Source of the DNA: Candidatus Omnitrophota bacterium | GTDB taxonomy: Bacteria; Omnitrophota; Gorgyraeia; Zapsychrales; Zapsychraceae | DNA: 64,000 nucleotides | Direction: 5' to 3' | Assembly (NCBI GenBank): GCA_035292445.1 | Contig: DATDQB010000017.1 | Span: 55,051 to 119,050 of the forward strand | Part shown: one piece after another, positions 1-9,078 of the stretch | Position numbering within the stretch: position 1 is the first letter of the stretch | Layout of the letters: each line of letters opens with the position of its first letter | Made by a program: the position numbers and the translations under genes | The notes under the pieces: model-generated | The model's database searches: none | Told to the model about the DNA's origin: nothing | Seen by the model: only the letters and a program-made list of their open reading frames with translations

Positions 1-28
1 CGGGATTAAAATCCCTGACGATGAGGCG

Positions 29-3000
29 ATGGGGACCGACCCCGCCATGCTGGGGGAAGAGCAGGCGCCAGACACCAGACGCCAAACGCAAGACGATCGC
101 GACGAAGCGATGGCAACCGAAGATGAGGAAGGGCTAAAAAGTTTGATCCGTCAATTGGCGAGCGGTAATAACGTGGATCCAATCGGCGTCCGCAGGCCGG
201 CACCTGCGGGGCCCGTCATAGACATAGCTTCCGCAATGAAATACGACTTTGCTTCTGATGGCGCGGATAACAAGCTGAATAGATGGAATTTGCGGTTTGA
301 AAATTATGAAATCAAAAGCATCAACCTGACAGATGGCGTTTATTATGCGGAATTTCGTTCTTTAGGAAATGCTTTGGGCGCACCGCACATCAGGCATGGT
401 TTAATCAACTCTCGGCAGCTTGATCAGATCATAAGGACGTTAAACAAGATAAGCCCACTCAATTTTATTGAGTTTGAAGGTCTGTTCAGGTATTACAGCG
501 GCTTTCTTGCCCCGCTAGAGGTAAATGAGAGCGAAGACGCCGTATCTTTTAGCTTGAGATGGAGCGGCCGCTCGTTGGATGGATATAAAATTGATGCATC
601 TGAACTTAAGGAGCATCGAGAGGTCGGGTTGACGCTAACAACGCCCAGCGGTGAAAAATCGGTGTTTATGAAAACCTCTGATTTTCTTAATTGGGTTATC
701 GCTCTCCAGCATTTATCGGCAGAAGGCAGGGTGGAGGAATTCAAGGGGCTTTTTGACCGCGAAGATAACGGCGGAATGATGGGCTTTGATTATGACTATA
801 AACTCCTTGATTTTGTAAAGCGACCCCCGCCGGCTTCAACGCCCATTAAGCAACCAAGAACCCTAGAGCAATTATATGATATCATTGCGGGCGCTGAAGC
901 CGGTGCAGCGCTATCCTCCTATACGTTACGCACCTATGACCCTCATAAAAGCATAACCATTACGGTCCTTGCTTACTTTTCCGATGATATTTTTGTTATT
1001 GAGTATTCCAGACCGGAAGAGAGTGGCCACCCCGCCATCAAAAGGCGCGGGTTGCTTAGAAAATATGATCTTGATCAGATGATTTTCGATAAGTATGATT
1101 CCATCAAAACATATATGGACTCCTATGATGCGGAAAGGCTCCCGAGAGAAATGTTTTATGTAGAAAAAACGGCTGAAAAGCTGGAGAAAAATGCATCAAG
1201 CCAATATGAGATCACCCTGGGCAGCTTCCATTATTACCACAATACCAATAAAATCGAGGCCAGTTTTGATCCGGCCATCCCGGATGATGTATCTGTTGAA
1301 ATTTATGATTTAGAAAAAGGGGTTCGGGTCAAAAAATCCGGTACGATGGGCTTTTTTGATTTTTTTGAGATAATAAAAACGGTGTATTTCGGAAGCTATG
1401 GTAATTCGTTCTTAATGGGTGCTCTGTCTGACATGCTCTTACTGAATGATTCTGCGAGCATGATCGCTGATAAGGATTATGGCGCGCGCAAAACCCTCGT
1501 GGCCATACGTTACATCAGGTCATGGCTTAATTCTGATGTGTTTAAGGCGAGCGTCTATAAACCTAAAATGCTGCCGAGCGCGGTCGATCTAACCGTGCAG
1601 AATATAATTCGATTTGACCGATCATTGGATGATGAAATTCAAGAAATTGTTGCCGCTTTATTCGGGGAAATGGGCGCCGCCCTGGGATTAAAAATAGAGA
1701 TATCAAAACGGGAGAACGGCACCTATATACACATCCGCCGAAAGCACGTATTAGGAAAAATTAAAGCTAACGTAACCGAATCAATAGACGACTTTACAAA
1801 AGGAATCCGCCAAAGCATGGGAACATGGTTAAAAGATTTTGAATCTCAGCTGTGGATTGTCCACGCACGGGAAGACGGTTTTGAGGTCATGGACCGACAA
1901 TCCGGCCGCAAGCCAGACCCCGCCATGCTTGGGGAAGAAGAGACGCCAGACGCCAGACGCCAGACACCACATGAACGCGATGAGGCGATGTTAAATATAA
2001 CCTTGAGAGAAGAAATGACTGCGGGAGAACTTGCCGAAAGACTGGGCATTAATATTGAAAGCATAGTTCTTATCTATGGAGAAAATGAAGAGCTGCCTCT
2101 TTTTATTCACCCGACACAAAACCATCCCAATCTGCCTTTAGAAACACAACGCACATATTACATAGACACAAAGAATTTGGATTCTGGAGTTCTGGCCCGA
2201 CTTTTTAATGCGGATTTCATCGGTGGCGTTGGTATTTCAGACATTAAAGAACTGCCTGAAGAAGAAGAGCTTGAAATGCGTTTCAAGATGGCATCGCAAC
2301 AAGTTACGCAAGCTCAAAAAGATTTAGAAGAAGCTCAGCGATCCGCTGATCGCACTGGAAATTATTCGCTAGTTCGTTCTAAAGATAGACTGTTAGAGCT
2401 TGAATTAGCCAACATGGATCGTACGTTAAAAGAACTGCAAAAATTTCGTACGCGAAAGGAAGGTGGCCAAAAGAAAGCTGATGAGGCGATGATGGGGAAG
2501 GAAGAACCGCACATCGTAGATCGCACTTCGTACATCGAAAAAGATAAGGCAATGACAGCTGTTAAACTTAGAGGTTTTACACATTTGGAGCCAACTAGTG
2601 GACGCAGATTTAATGAGGCTGTCTTTGATCTGGAGGGGGTTAACGAACCTGAAACGAACAATACCCACAGAAGATACAGAGAAAATATCGAACAATTGTT
2701 ATCAGATCATGAAGAAATACTCAAAGAACAGGAAAAATTACTTGCCGAAATAGAATCCGCTCTTGACCAAGGAAAAACAGTGGCTATCGGTGTCGAAGAA
2801 GATAGTCAAGGAGTTCAAGAAATCCAACTTGATGCGAGTTTCATTTTAGATCAGATCGTTGAACTCATGCGCATGAGAGGTTTTACTGCCCCCGAAGAGA
2901 AAGCCAGACAGGTATATTTATTAGGAAACGGTGTGGCAAGTTATCTCGTAGCGCTTAAGAAAAATATCCATCTGTTTCCGCTTGAAAACCAAGAATTACG

Positions 3001-3673
3001 TCAACAATCGGGTTCGCTTGCTAGGGAATATGCTGAAATATCGGAAAAATTGAAACCTATATTAATGGGAATTGCTGAATCTGAATTCATTTTATTCGAT
3101 GACACGCTGTATGAAGTAATACTGTCAATCAATGACCCGGATGAGATCTATACAACAATCAACAAATCTGCCGATGCGCTACTAGCAAAATTCCTTGGCA
3201 CTGAACATGAAGCCGATATACGCAGAATGATCGCAATCGCCTCAAAATTCATTCAAAATGCGAGGGAAAGAGAGAAGCCGATGGCAGCTGCAATCAAGGA
3301 ACATGTTCGATCCTATCCGGATTATATTACATTTATTCTTGTTGGCTCCAGCCATGTGGCTGGCTTAAACAGACTTCTAAACAAAAAAGATCAAGAAGTT
3401 GGTGGTATCGATCTTAACCCGCAACTCTTGGACCTTCAGATCAAACGCGATGAAAAGGGAGTACCGCTTCCCGTCAACATGCAGCCCATTCATAATATTC
3501 ATATCGAAGGATTCCTGCCGATCATTATCAACATAACACCGATCAATGTGTCGTTGCCGGTGTATTTGGGATTGGAGGGAGATGGGGAGGATGACACACA
3601 ATTTGGGTTTCAGGATGAATATAAGGCGAGGGAACCGGAGAAAATAAGTTTATTGGATAATAATCTCCAATAA
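29..3673 (+). CDS. large hypothetical protein (1214 aa); the reading frame is open back to window position 2, so it may be 5'-partial
   Basis: Long ORF without Walker or HExxH motifs. An acidic linker motif DEAM../DPAMLGEE.. recurs three times (aa ~1-35, ~630-660, ~815-825). There is a coiled-coil-like segment around aa 760-810. The C-terminal ..FILVGSSHVAGL.. segment weakly resembles the GxxH motif of the Tiki/TraB/GumN superfamily. Confidence 0.5.
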   Translation: MGTDPAMLGEEQAPDTRRQTQDDRDEAMATEDEEGLKSLIRQLASGNNVDPIGVRRPAPAGPVIDIASAMKYDFASDGADNKLNRWNLRFENYEIKSINLTDGVYYAEFRSLGNALGAPHIRHGLINSRQLDQIIRTLNKISPLNFIEFEGLFRYYSGFLAPLEVNESEDAVSFSLRWSGRSLDGYKIDASELKEHREVGLTLTTPSGEKSVFMKTSDFLNWVIALQHLSAEGRVEEFKGLFDREDNGGMMGFDYDYKLLDFVKRPPPASTPIKQPRTLEQLYDIIAGAEAGAALSSYTLRTYDPHKSITITVLAYFSDDIFVIEYSRPEESGHPAIKRRGLLRKYDLDQMIFDKYDSIKTYMDSYDAERLPREMFYVEKTAEKLEKNASSQYEITLGSFHYYHNTNKIEASFDPAIPDDVSVEIYDLEKGVRVKKSGTMGFFDFFEIIKTVYFGSYGNSFLMGALSDMLLLNDSASMIADKDYGARKTLVAIRYIRSWLNSDVFKASVYKPKMLPSAVDLTVQNIIRFDRSLDDEIQEIVAALFGEMGAALGLKIEISKRENGTYIHIRRKHVLGKIKANVTESIDDFTKGIRQSMGTWLKDFESQLWIVHAREDGFEVMDRQSGRKPDPAMLGEEETPDARRQTPHERDEAMLNITLREEMTAGELAERLGINIESIVLIYGENEELPLFIHPTQNHPNLPLETQRTYYIDTKNLDSGVLARLFNADFIGGVGISDIKELPEEEELEMRFKMASQQVTQAQKDLEEAQRSADRTGNYSLVRSKDRLLELELANMDRTLKELQKFRTRKEGGQKKADEAMMGKEEPHIVDRTSYIEKDKAMTAVKLRGFTHLEPTSGRRFNEAVFDLEGVNEPETNNTHRRYRENIEQLLSDHEEILKEQEKLLAEIESALDQGKTVAIGVEEDSQGVQEIQLDASFILDQIVELMRMRGFTAPEEKARQVYLLGNGVASYLVALKKNIHLFPLENQELRQQSGSLAREYAEISEKLKPILMGIAESEFILFDDTLYEVILSINDPDEIYTTINKSADALLAKFLGTEHEADIRRMIAIASKFIQNAREREKPMAAAIKEHVRSYPDYITFILVGSSHVAGLNRLLNKKDQEVGGIDLNPQLLDLQIKRDEKGVPLPVNMQPIHNIHIEGFLPIIINITPINVSLPVYLGLEGDGEDDTQFGFQDEYKAREPEKISLLDNNLQ
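68..95 (+). repeat. heptanucleotide tandem repeat (CCAGACA/CCAGACG/CCAAACG/CAAGACG) inside the CDS
   Basis: Direct reading: four imperfect 7-nt units in tandem. Confidence 0.8.
1946..1966 (+). repeat. heptanucleotide tandem repeat (CCAGACG x2 + CCAGACA) inside the CDS; part of a ~50-nt intragenic direct repeat also seen at 36-110
   Basis: Direct reading. The unit is not a multiple of 3, so changing copy number by one unit frameshifts. Confidence 0.85.
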
Positions 3674-3674
3674 A

Positions 3675-3788
3675 CAAATCCCAAATACCAAACAATATAC
3701 AAACAACAATGACCAAAACTAAAAAATTGGTTATTGGGATTTGAATATTGTGATTTGTTTGGAATTTGGGCTTTGGAATTTGGAAATT
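3675..3788. repeat. heptad-periodic palindromic element between convergent genes
   Basis: Left arm caaatcc caaatac caaacaa tatacaa acaacaa; right arm ttgg ttattgg gatttg.. tttggaa repeats complementary to it. Lies between two stop codons. Confidence 0.7.
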
Positions 3789-3797
3789 AACTTTCCA

Positions 3798-4754
3798 TCA
3801 CCAAATAATTGATTTCACGCTTTTGGGCATTCCATGAATTTTCCCCACAAACCGCACTTCACGAATAAGGTCAAGATTAAACTTTTCCTTAGCCAGCGCC
3901 GCCATCATTTTGTGCAGCTCGAACACGTCTTTCGCCGTGCCGTTCTTTCTTTTGATGATAATATTGGCATGTTTGGGGAAGATATAAGCCCCGCCGGATT
4001 TTAAAGATTTGCCGCCGGCCTGCTCAAGAAACCACCCTGTGGCCTGGCGTTTTCCAGCCTTGGAGGTGGGTTCAATGTTGCGAAAGAATGATCCGGCACA
4101 AGGTTCTTGGGCAAGGTCAGGATGTTTCTCGTGACGCGTTTTTAAAATACCTTCACGCTCTTTAAGCAGTTCTGCCGGATCACCCTCTTTGAAGCTCAAC
4201 GTAACATCAACAACGATATCACCCGTCTCCTTGAGCTTTGAATGGCGGTAGGAGAAACCGCATTCCTTAGCCTGCGCCGTTCTAAGCGTCCCGGAGGAAG
4301 AGAGCAGGCTGACGCTTTTAACCATATCGCCGATCTGCTTGCCGAAAGCCCCCGCATTACCAACGACCGCGCCGCCCACTGTCCCCGGAATGCCGCTGCA
4401 GGTATTAATTCCTTCATAACCCAATTCGGCGGCAAAGACAGCCAGATCATCAAGGATCGTGCTGCCGGAAACTGTTAAGCTGTTATCGCCTTCTTCAATA
4501 TAGGGTGTCTTGCTGAAATAGCGGATCACGTGGCAATCCAGGCCCTCATCGGCAACGACCAGGTTTGACCCGCCGCCGATCAGGATGAATTTTTCTTTCT
4601 TTGCATAAAGCTCTTTGACCGCATCTATTAACTGCCGGGGCGTTTCACAATTGATAAGCCCCTTGCACGCTCCGCCCAAGCGGAAGGTTGTGTAATCGGA
4701 TAATCTGGCATTTTTAATAATTTCATGGGAGAGAGGAAAAATGATTGATTCCAT
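3798..4754 (-). CDS. murB: UDP-N-acetylenolpyruvoylglucosamine reductase
   Basis: 318 aa with an FAD-binding PCMH domain and a MurB C-terminal domain (..GSNLVVADEG.., ..AGSFFRN..). Confidence 0.9.
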   Translation of the reverse strand: MESIIFPLSHEIIKNARLSDYTTFRLGGACKGLINCETPRQLIDAVKELYAKKEKFILIGGGSNLVVADEGLDCHVIRYFSKTPYIEEGDNSLTVSGSTILDDLAVFAAELGYEGINTCSGIPGTVGGAVVGNAGAFGKQIGDMVKSVSLLSSSGTLRTAQAKECGFSYRHSKLKETGDIVVDVTLSFKEGDPAELLKEREGILKTRHEKHPDLAQEPCAGSFFRNIEPTSKAGKRQATGWFLEQAGGKSLKSGGAYIFPKHANIIIKRKNGTAKDVFELHKMMAALAKEKFNLDLIREVRFVGKIHGMPKSVKSIIW

Positions 4755-4759
4755 TTAAT

Positions 4760-4817
4760 TGTAGGGGCGGACTTTACGTCCGCCCGATTAAGGGCAGGTG
4801 CAAGACCTGCCCCTACA
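4760..4817. other. structured intergenic element: outer stem tgtaggggc/gcccctaca enclosing two hairpins (ggcggac-ttta-gtccgcc and gggcaggt-gcaag-acctgccc)
   Basis: Perfect complementary segments read directly. It exactly fills the 64-nt gap between the moeB-fusion stop and the murB start and has no U-tract. A three-way junction is plausible. Confidence 0.5.
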
Positions 4818-4818
4818 T

Positions 4819-6390
4819 TTATTTGACCGTTTCTTTAAATCGATGACGTAGCGCCTCGATGCCGTCTTTGATGGCAAAAATATTCTCGTAACCTTCTTCG
4901 CGCAGCATCTGCGCCAATTGGGAGCTGCGTACGCCCATGCTGCAAAACAGAAGGTATTTCTTATTTTTGGCAAAAGGGGAGGTGTCGCCCGTGACCCGGC
5001 TTAAAGGAACATGTTCACTTTTGATTTCCATGAGTGGACTATCCGCCCGCTCTTCGGCTTCCCTGACATCGACCAACGTAAAACTTTTCAGCAAATCGGC
5101 ATTTAAGGCGTGGCAATCAATAAGAAATTCCGCCAACGGCTCATAATGCTCTTTACTGATCTGTGTGATGACGGCGTCTTTGCCGCACAGAGGGCAACGG
5201 CTTTCCGGTTTGATCTTCAAACGCCTGATATGGAAATCGGCGACGTTAAGAATCAACAATTCGTTCTCGAACACTTTCTGCATGTTTAGAATGATCCGGA
5301 TCGCTTCCATGGCCTGCAGATGGCCGAAAATGTTGGGGATGACGCCCAGGACGCCTCCGTCGACACATGTTCCCACGCAACCAGGTGTTGGAACGGAAGG
5401 CCACAAACAGCGCAGGCACCCTTTTTGAGAAGGGAGCATGACCCGCAACTGGCCTTCCCATTGAAAAATGCCTGCCTGGATGAGCGTCTTGCGGTTAAGA
5501 AAGCAGGCGTCGTTCAAAAGATATTTTGTTTTAATGTCATCGGTGCAATCAAGGACGATGTCATAGTTCTCGATAAGCCGTTGCGCGTTCTCAAGGTTCA
5601 GGTGTTCCTGGTGCGCGTTGATGGTAACGGAAGGGTTGAGCGAATTGATCTTTTCCTTGGCCACCTGGACCTTGGGCCGGCCGATGTCATCGAACCCGTA
5701 AAGGAACTGGCGGTGGAGGTTGCTGAGCTCAACTTTATCGTGTTCGCAAATGCCTATCGTGCCGACACCCGCCCCTGATAAGCTCATGAGCGCCGGGCAG
5801 CCCAAACCGCCGACGCCCACGATCAAAACCTTGGCCTCTTTCAATTTCTTTTGGCCTTCGGCGCCGACCTCGGGAAGATTGATCTGACGGGCGTAGTAAT
5901 CACTTTCTTCGGGTAACCGGTAACCGGTAACCGGTAACGGCGTGGAGTTACCTGTTACCTGTTTCCCGTACTCCGTTGATTTACAACCCACCCATCCCGA
6001 ATCGCCGCCCGCGTAATATTCCTTTTTCCAAATTGGCAACCGCTTTTTTATCTCATCTATGATATATCGGCAGGCTTTAAAAGCCTCATCGCGATGGGCG
6101 GCCAAGCATCCGACCCACACGGCCATTTGACCGACCTCAATGATCCCCAAGCGATGATAACAGCGAAGTTCGATCGTTGAGAATTTTTCCTTCGCCTCCC
6201 GAAAAATCTCCTCGGCCTCCTTCGTGCACAAGGTTTCTTCGGCTTCGTATTCCAGCCGCAGCACTTTCTTGCCATCGCTATGATCGCGCACACGGCCCTC
6301 AAATGTGGCGAAGGCTCCGGCGCTATCGGCGGTGAAGCCCTCTTTAATGTTGATGCGTTCTAAGGGGAGTGAGGTTAGTTTAAACATCAT
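4819..6390 (-). CDS. MoaE (molybdopterin synthase large subunit) - MoeB/ThiF E1-like adenylyltransferase - rhodanese triple-fusion protein
   Basis: N-terminus matches MoaE (..FEGRVRDHSDG..IWKKEYY). The middle has the ThiF/MoeB Rossmann motif (LIVGVGGLGCPA), RQ motif and CxxC..CxxC zinc site. The C-terminus is a rhodanese with catalytic Cys (FCSMGVRS). The first 15 codons of the track ORF (MLVVREQRTTNNEQR) are encoded by the repeat element at 6387-6450, so the start is set at MMFKL. Confidence 0.8.
   Translation of the reverse strand: MMFKLTSLPLERINIKEGFTADSAGAFATFEGRVRDHSDGKKVLRLEYEAEETLCTKEAEEIFREAKEKFSTIELRCYHRLGIIEVGQMAVWVGCLAAHRDEAFKACRYIIDEIKKRLPIWKKEYYAGGDSGWVGCKSTEYGKQVTGNSTPLPVTGYRLPEESDYYARQINLPEVGAEGQKKLKEAKVLIVGVGGLGCPALMSLSGAGVGTIGICEHDKVELSNLHRQFLYGFDDIGRPKVQVAKEKINSLNPSVTINAHQEHLNLENAQRLIENYDIVLDCTDDIKTKYLLNDACFLNRKTLIQAGIFQWEGQLRVMLPSQKGCLRCLWPSVPTPGCVGTCVDGGVLGVIPNIFGHLQAMEAIRIILNMQKVFENELLILNVADFHIRRLKIKPESRCPLCGKDAVITQISKEHYEPLAEFLIDCHALNADLLKSFTLVDVREAEERADSPLMEIKSEHVPLSRVTGDTSPFAKNKKYLLFCSMGVRSSQLAQMLREEGYENIFAIKDGIEALRHRFKETVK
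5912..5961. repeat. heptad-periodic palindromic element embedded in-frame in the MoaE-MoeB linker
   Basis: (ggtaacc)x3 ggtaac - ggcgtggag - (gttacct)x2; same architecture as the intergenic elements. It translates without a stop as ..QVTGNSTPLPVTGYRLPEE.. Confidence 0.75.
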
Positions 6391-6450
6391 TCGTTGTTCG
6401 TTGTTCGTTGTTCGTTGCTCGCGAACAACGAGCAACTAGCAACGAGCAAC
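6387..6450. repeat. heptad-periodic palindromic element between the ferredoxin 3' end and the moaE-fusion 5' end
   Basis: (ttgttcg)x3 ttgctcg | cgaacaa cgagcaa ctagcaa cgagcaa c - arms of complementary 7-mers. Confidence 0.8.
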
Positions 6451-6459
6451 AAAACTCTA

Positions 6460-6714
6460 TTAATATGTAATTTTCACTGTGCCTTTCAGGATGCTACATT
6501 GGCAACTCAAACGGTTATTGCGGTCCATCCCAAGCTCTTTTTCCTCATCGTTCAGATCGCCCAAATTATCCGCGCCTTCCTGCACTTCGATCTGGCACGT
6601 GCCGCACACGCCGGAATTGCAGCTGAAGGGGATCCCGGATTTCTCACAGACCTCATCGATCCTTGCGCCATCGGGAATATCGTGTTCTTCACCGTCTATG
6701 ATCAACTTTGCCAT
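6460..6714 (-). CDS. small 2Fe-2S ferredoxin (plant-type C-x4-C-x2-C..C motif)
   Basis: 84 aa with ..CNSGVCGTCQ.. and a downstream ..CQC.. Confidence 0.75.
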   Translation of the reverse strand: MAKLIIDGEEHDIPDGARIDEVCEKSGIPFSCNSGVCGTCQIEVQEGADNLGDLNDEEKELGMDRNNRLSCQCSILKGTVKITY

Positions 6715-6721
6715 AAGGAAT

Positions 6722-6832
6722 TAAGTTAATAGTAAATAGTTAATGGCAAATAGTGTTATCGTTCTAAATGGGGCTTCGTCGCCTTTTTGTCATTTCCCCT
6801 ATTAACTATTAACTATTTACCATTAACACTTT
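6722..6832. repeat. heptad-periodic palindromic element with a 47-nt spacer, overlapping the ispH stop
   Basis: Left arm taagtta atagtaa atagtta atggcaa; right arm tattaac tattaac tatttac cattaac. Confidence 0.75.
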
Positions 6833-7767
6833 CATTTTAATGCGTTTTCTATCTCCGGTAAAGCAAAGACAATATTCTTTTCCGGGTTCTCAAAGGCATG
6901 AACTTTGGAGTTGGGGAAATGCTCGTTAATGCGTCCGATCAGCTCATCCACAATGACGCGCGGCACGGAAGCGCCGGAGGAGATGCCGACCTTTCGCTTG
7001 CCCTTAAGCACATTGAAATCCAGCTCATCCGCATTGTCGATGATGTAGCTTTCGCAGCCGCCCTTTTCCCCGGTCTCGCGAAGGCGGTTGCTGTTGGAGC
7101 TGTTAGGGGAGCCGCAAATGATGATGCAATCGCAAAAGGAAGCGAGTTCCTTGACGGCATCCTGGCGGTTTTGGGTGGCGTAGCACAGATCCGAACGGGG
7201 CGGGGCCTGCATCTGCGGGTATTTCTCTTTTAACTTGCGGATCATCTGGGTGGTTTCATCCACGGAAAGGGTCGTTTGGGTGACAACGGCAACGGTTGCC
7301 TGCGGGGCGATATCCAAATTCTCAATGTCACTTTCGTCCTCTACAATATGAAGATATTCAGGGTCGACATACCCGGCCGTGCCTTTCAGCTCCTGGTGGC
7401 CGCGGTGGCCGATCAAAACGGTTTCATAATGTTTCTGGGAAAATTTACTGGCTTCGTTATGGACCTTGGTCACCAAAGGACAGGTGGCATCGACAAAACG
7501 CAGCTTTCTTTTCCTGGCATCCTGCACAACAGCAGGGGGAACGCCGTGGGCGCTGAAGATAATCCTTGAGCCTTCCGGCACTTCATTGACGTCCTCCACA
7601 AAGATCGCGCCTTTTTGACGAAACTCGTTGACTACGTAAGTGTTGTGGACGATTTCGTGGTAAACGTAAAGAGGGGGGCCGTATTGCTCAAGCGCCCTAT
7701 CGACTATGTCGATGGCGAATGACACGCCCGCGCAGAAACCTTGGGTTTTAGCAAGATAAATGTCCAT
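6832..7767 (-). CDS. ispH: 4-hydroxy-3-methylbut-2-enyl diphosphate reductase
   Basis: 311 aa LytB family (..TQGFCAGV.., ..DATCPLV.., conserved Cys triad). Confidence 0.9.
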   Translation of the reverse strand: MDIYLAKTQGFCAGVSFAIDIVDRALEQYGPPLYVYHEIVHNTYVVNEFRQKGAIFVEDVNEVPEGSRIIFSAHGVPPAVVQDARKRKLRFVDATCPLVTKVHNEASKFSQKHYETVLIGHRGHQELKGTAGYVDPEYLHIVEDESDIENLDIAPQATVAVVTQTTLSVDETTQMIRKLKEKYPQMQAPPRSDLCYATQNRQDAVKELASFCDCIIICGSPNSSNSNRLRETGEKGGCESYIIDNADELDFNVLKGKRKVGISSGASVPRVIVDELIGRINEHFPNSKVHAFENPEKNIVFALPEIENALK

Positions 7768-7860
7768 GTAAGCTATTTATTGAATTATTATTAGTATTAC
7801 TTTATAATTGGTGATAATTATAACACTAAATTTTGTAAAGTAAACTCTGATTTCGACCCT

Positions 7861-9078
7861 ATGCAACTAGCCCAAAGACGAAAAACATCAGCCGTTAAAA
7901 TCGGCCCTGTTTCTATCGGGAGCGCCTATCCGGTCGTGATCCAATCCATGACCGACACGCCAACGGCTGACATCGAAAAGACGCTTGCCCAAACGATCGA
8001 ACTCGTTGAGGCCGGAAGCGAGCTGGTGCGCTGGACCGTTAACGATGATGAGGCGGCCCAAGCCGTGCCGGAGATCATCAAGCGCTTAAATGACAAAGGC
8101 TACCAAACGCCGATCATCGGCGATTTTCATTTTAACGGCCACACGCTGTTACGCAAACATCCTGGCTGCGCCAAGGCGCTTTCCAAATACCGGATCAATC
8201 CCGGCAACGTGGGCAAGGGCCAACGGCATGATGACAATTTTACGCAGATCGTTAAAGTCGCCATTGATAACGACAAGCCGGTGCGCATCGGCGTCAACTG
8301 GGGTTCGCTGGACCAGGAACTTCTAACGCTCTTGATGGATGAAAACGCCAAACGGGATGAACCCAGCGATTTTAAAGAAGTCACCTACGATGCCATGGTC
8401 TTAAGCGCTTTGACCAGTGCGAAACTGGCGGAGAAGACCGGATTGCCGCACGATAAGATCATTTTAAGCGTGAAGATGTCGATCCTGCAGGATATGGTGA
8501 CCGTGTACGCGCGCCTCGCCAAACTGTGCAAGTATCCGCTTCATTTGGGATTGACGGAGGCCGGTTCCGAAGTACAGGGGATATCATCGAGTGCCGCCGC
8601 GCTTTCGATTTTACTGCAACAGGGGATCGGGGACACGATCCGCGTGTCGCTCACGCCGCAACCGAATGTCCCGCGCTCCAAAGAAGTCGACGTGTGCAAA
8701 AATATTCTACAATCGTTAGGCTTGCGATATTTCAAGCCGAGTGTCACCAGCTGTCCGGGCTGCGGGCGTACCTCCAGCAATTATTTCCAGATCCTCGCGC
8801 AGGAGATCAATGACCATATCGTACACAAAATGCCGGTGTGGAAAAAGAAACACCCCGGCGTTGAAAGATTGAAGATCGCGGTCATGGGTTGTGTGGTGAA
8901 CGGTCCCGGAGAGAGCCGCCATGCCGACATCGGCATCAGTTTACCCGGCGCTAGCGAGAAACCCATCGCGCCAGTTTATGTGGACGGCAAAGAAAAAATC
9001 ACCCTCAAAGGCGAGCGGATCAAGGAAGAGTTTATTGATATTTTAGAAAATTACATCAAAGAAAAGTGCGCAAAATGA
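7861..9078 (+). CDS. ispG: 4-hydroxy-3-methylbut-2-en-1-yl diphosphate synthase
   Basis: 405 aa GcpE family (..VIQSMTDT.., C-terminal ..[10 protein letters not shown]..). Divergent from ispH across an AT-rich region. Confidence 0.9.
   Translation: MQLAQRRKTSAVKIGPVSIGSAYPVVIQSMTDTPTADIEKTLAQTIELVEAGSELVRWTVNDDEAAQAVPEIIKRLNDKGYQTPIIGDFHFNGHTLLRKHPGCAKALSKYRINPGNVGKGQRHDDNFTQIVKVAIDNDKPVRIGVNWGSLDQELLTLLMDENAKRDEPSDFKEVTYDAMVLSALTSAKLAEKTGLPHDKIILSVKMSILQDMVTVYARLAKLCKYPLHLGLTEAGSEVQGISSSAAALSILLQQGIGDTIRVSLTPQPNVPRSKEVDVCKNILQSLGLRYFKPSVTSCPGCGRTSSNYFQILAQEINDHIVHKMPVWKKKHPGVERLKIAVMGCVVNGPGESRHADIGISLPGASEKPIAPVYVDGKEKITLKGERIKEEFIDILENYIKEKCAK

Noticed and set aside
2-15. Palindrome gggattaaaatccc at the extreme 5' end
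   Set aside because: It is short, lies inside an open reading frame at the window edge, and cannot be interpreted without upstream context.
6394-6729. 111-aa ORF on the plus strand over the ferredoxin gene and the 6387-6450 repeat
   Set aside because: Its start is generated by the heptad repeat, and it runs antisense to a clear 2Fe-2S ferredoxin.
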